Of a stretch of DNA of 64,000 bases, positions 62,901 through 64,000 are shown piece by piece. How positions within the stretch are numbered: the stretch's first letter is position 1; every line of letters begins with the position of its first letter. A program made the translations under genes and the position numbers. The notes beneath the pieces were generated by a model that had not been told where the DNA came from, did not search any database, and saw only the letters and a program-made list of their open reading frames with translations. Origin of the DNA: Guillardia theta CCMP2712 (Eukaryota > Protista > Cryptophyta); contig NW_005434639.1 of assembly GCF_000315625.1 (NCBI RefSeq), forward strand, positions 62,001 to 126,000. The letters run 5' to 3'.

Positions 62901-64000
62901 GCAGGAACGGGAACAGGTTTTCCGCGGGAGTTTCGACGAATTGGAAATTCGTTGCACTCGACAAATTTGCCTCTTGAAAGACTACGTGCTCTGTGTTGAC
63001 AGACTCCTGCGTCTTCTGGAAGTGAGGGAGCCTGAGGAAAATATTGTCGTAGGCGAACAACTGGACTGAAGTCTTGAACTGCAACTTGAGCTTGACCGGT
63101 TGGCTGGTGACCCGGGGGATATAACTGAGCGTTGCAGACTCGAAGGCAGCGACTGACTGCGGCTCTATGAAGATCCATGGCAGCGAGACGGCTGGTGATT
63201 GGAATTTTTCCTGACCTTGGAGCTCTGTGTAAAAGTCTCGTAGAGTCCCACAGCTGGAGTTCGTTGTCCAGTTGCAAGGTGACAGATGGAGCAGTCGGAG
63301 CGTGATGTTGTGACCTGATAGCGGTACGCCAGAGCTCGGCAGCCTTACCCCGTACGAGCTGGAGACGGTGAAGCTGATCTGTTCCCTTGCAGAGAAGTTC
63401 CTCTCGGGAGAGATGTAGACTGCAGCACAGGTGCTCGTCACCAACATAGTCACGTTGAGGCCTTCGTGTACGTCGTTGAGGCTCGTGCAGGAGGCGTTGC
63501 AGCGTTGCTGACAGACATCCTGGGAGCTGTTGAAGAACGAGAAACTCTCGCATTGCTGCATGAGGGCTCCGGCGTACCTCAAAGGGTCAGAGCAGAGTCT
63601 CACGCATTCAGCGTTACAAGCTGCCGTGACCTCGGCCTGCTCTGCCACCTGGTTGACGTGAAACCCTGGGAGGATGAACTGCAGCGAGTCCTCTCGTATC
63701 AAGTCGATGTCAAGGGAGAACCCAAACTTGAGGTCTGTGACTTCGTTGGCAAACGCGGGGGTACTGAACTGCAAGCTCGGGCTCAGCGCAAAGATCCCGA
63801 CGGGCTGGGAAGCCTTGAGGGCGACGGGGTAGACGAGGCCGCTGGACGCGTCGGTCCACACCTTGAAAGACTGGTTGCTGCCTGCTATGCTGAAGGCTGG
63901 GGTCTTGAACCCCTCGCTCTTGGGTATCATAACAGATACATGATCTCCCCTGCCGATCGGGCGGTTCACCACGAGCCGCAAGGTGGAGCTGGCAGCTGAC
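44925..64000 (-). CDS. Giant (>6200 aa, 5' end outside the window) type-I membrane surface protein: tandem ~130-aa beta-rich repeats, EGF-like domain, Cys-rich region, ZU5-like domain, S/T stalk, TM helix and acidic cytoplasmic tail
   Basis: An open frame runs from 46239 to 64000. Introns at 46181-46238 and 45987-46043 join it to ORF 44925..45884. The TM helix is AVILAISAGGGGLLAILAFLFAY. The EGF-like segment is CAPGWYGPTC…CNEFGTCTCLPPFRGTFC. The repeat consensus is roughly VG.F....L.F.P..AG….L..GD.I...LPGF…W….L.L…IP...GI.LP..G. Confidence 0.88.

Overview
This is eukaryotic nuclear DNA from a draft assembly with five N-gaps. It is GC-rich and intron-dense, with many 40-60 nt GT-AG introns carrying CTGAC-like branch points, and is rich in (GAG/CCT)n microsatellites. 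Two genes carry a signal peptide followed by A|F and a transit peptide, which is typical of algae with secondary red plastids, and a cilia gene is present. Together these suggest a cryptophyte (Guillardia/Hanusia-like); this is an inference. In order, the window contains: (1) a decayed tandem paralog of the next large gene; (2) a ~1950-aa secreted multi-domain glycosyltransferase (GT49/LARGE-type plus GT25-like); (3) a thylakoid-lumen protein; (4) a cluster of four intronless ~100-aa paralogous genes arranged as two divergent pairs; (5) an alpha-kinase; (6) a membrane-anchored CHUP1-like protein; (7) a multi-Tudor/C2H2 chromatin protein; (8) a NAK kinase; (9) CFAP96; (10) two hypothetical genes; (11) a plastid PTC7/PBCP-like PP2C; (12) an EF-hand protein; (13) the 3' part of a giant (>6200 aa) single-pass surface protein built from ~130-aa repeats, with an uninterrupted reading frame of >17.7 kb. 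Intergenic regions at gene 5' ends carry two distinctive signatures: CCGG/GACTCAGT islands and GGGGTA/TACCCC-rich tracts. Exon structures were reconstructed by eye and are approximate.
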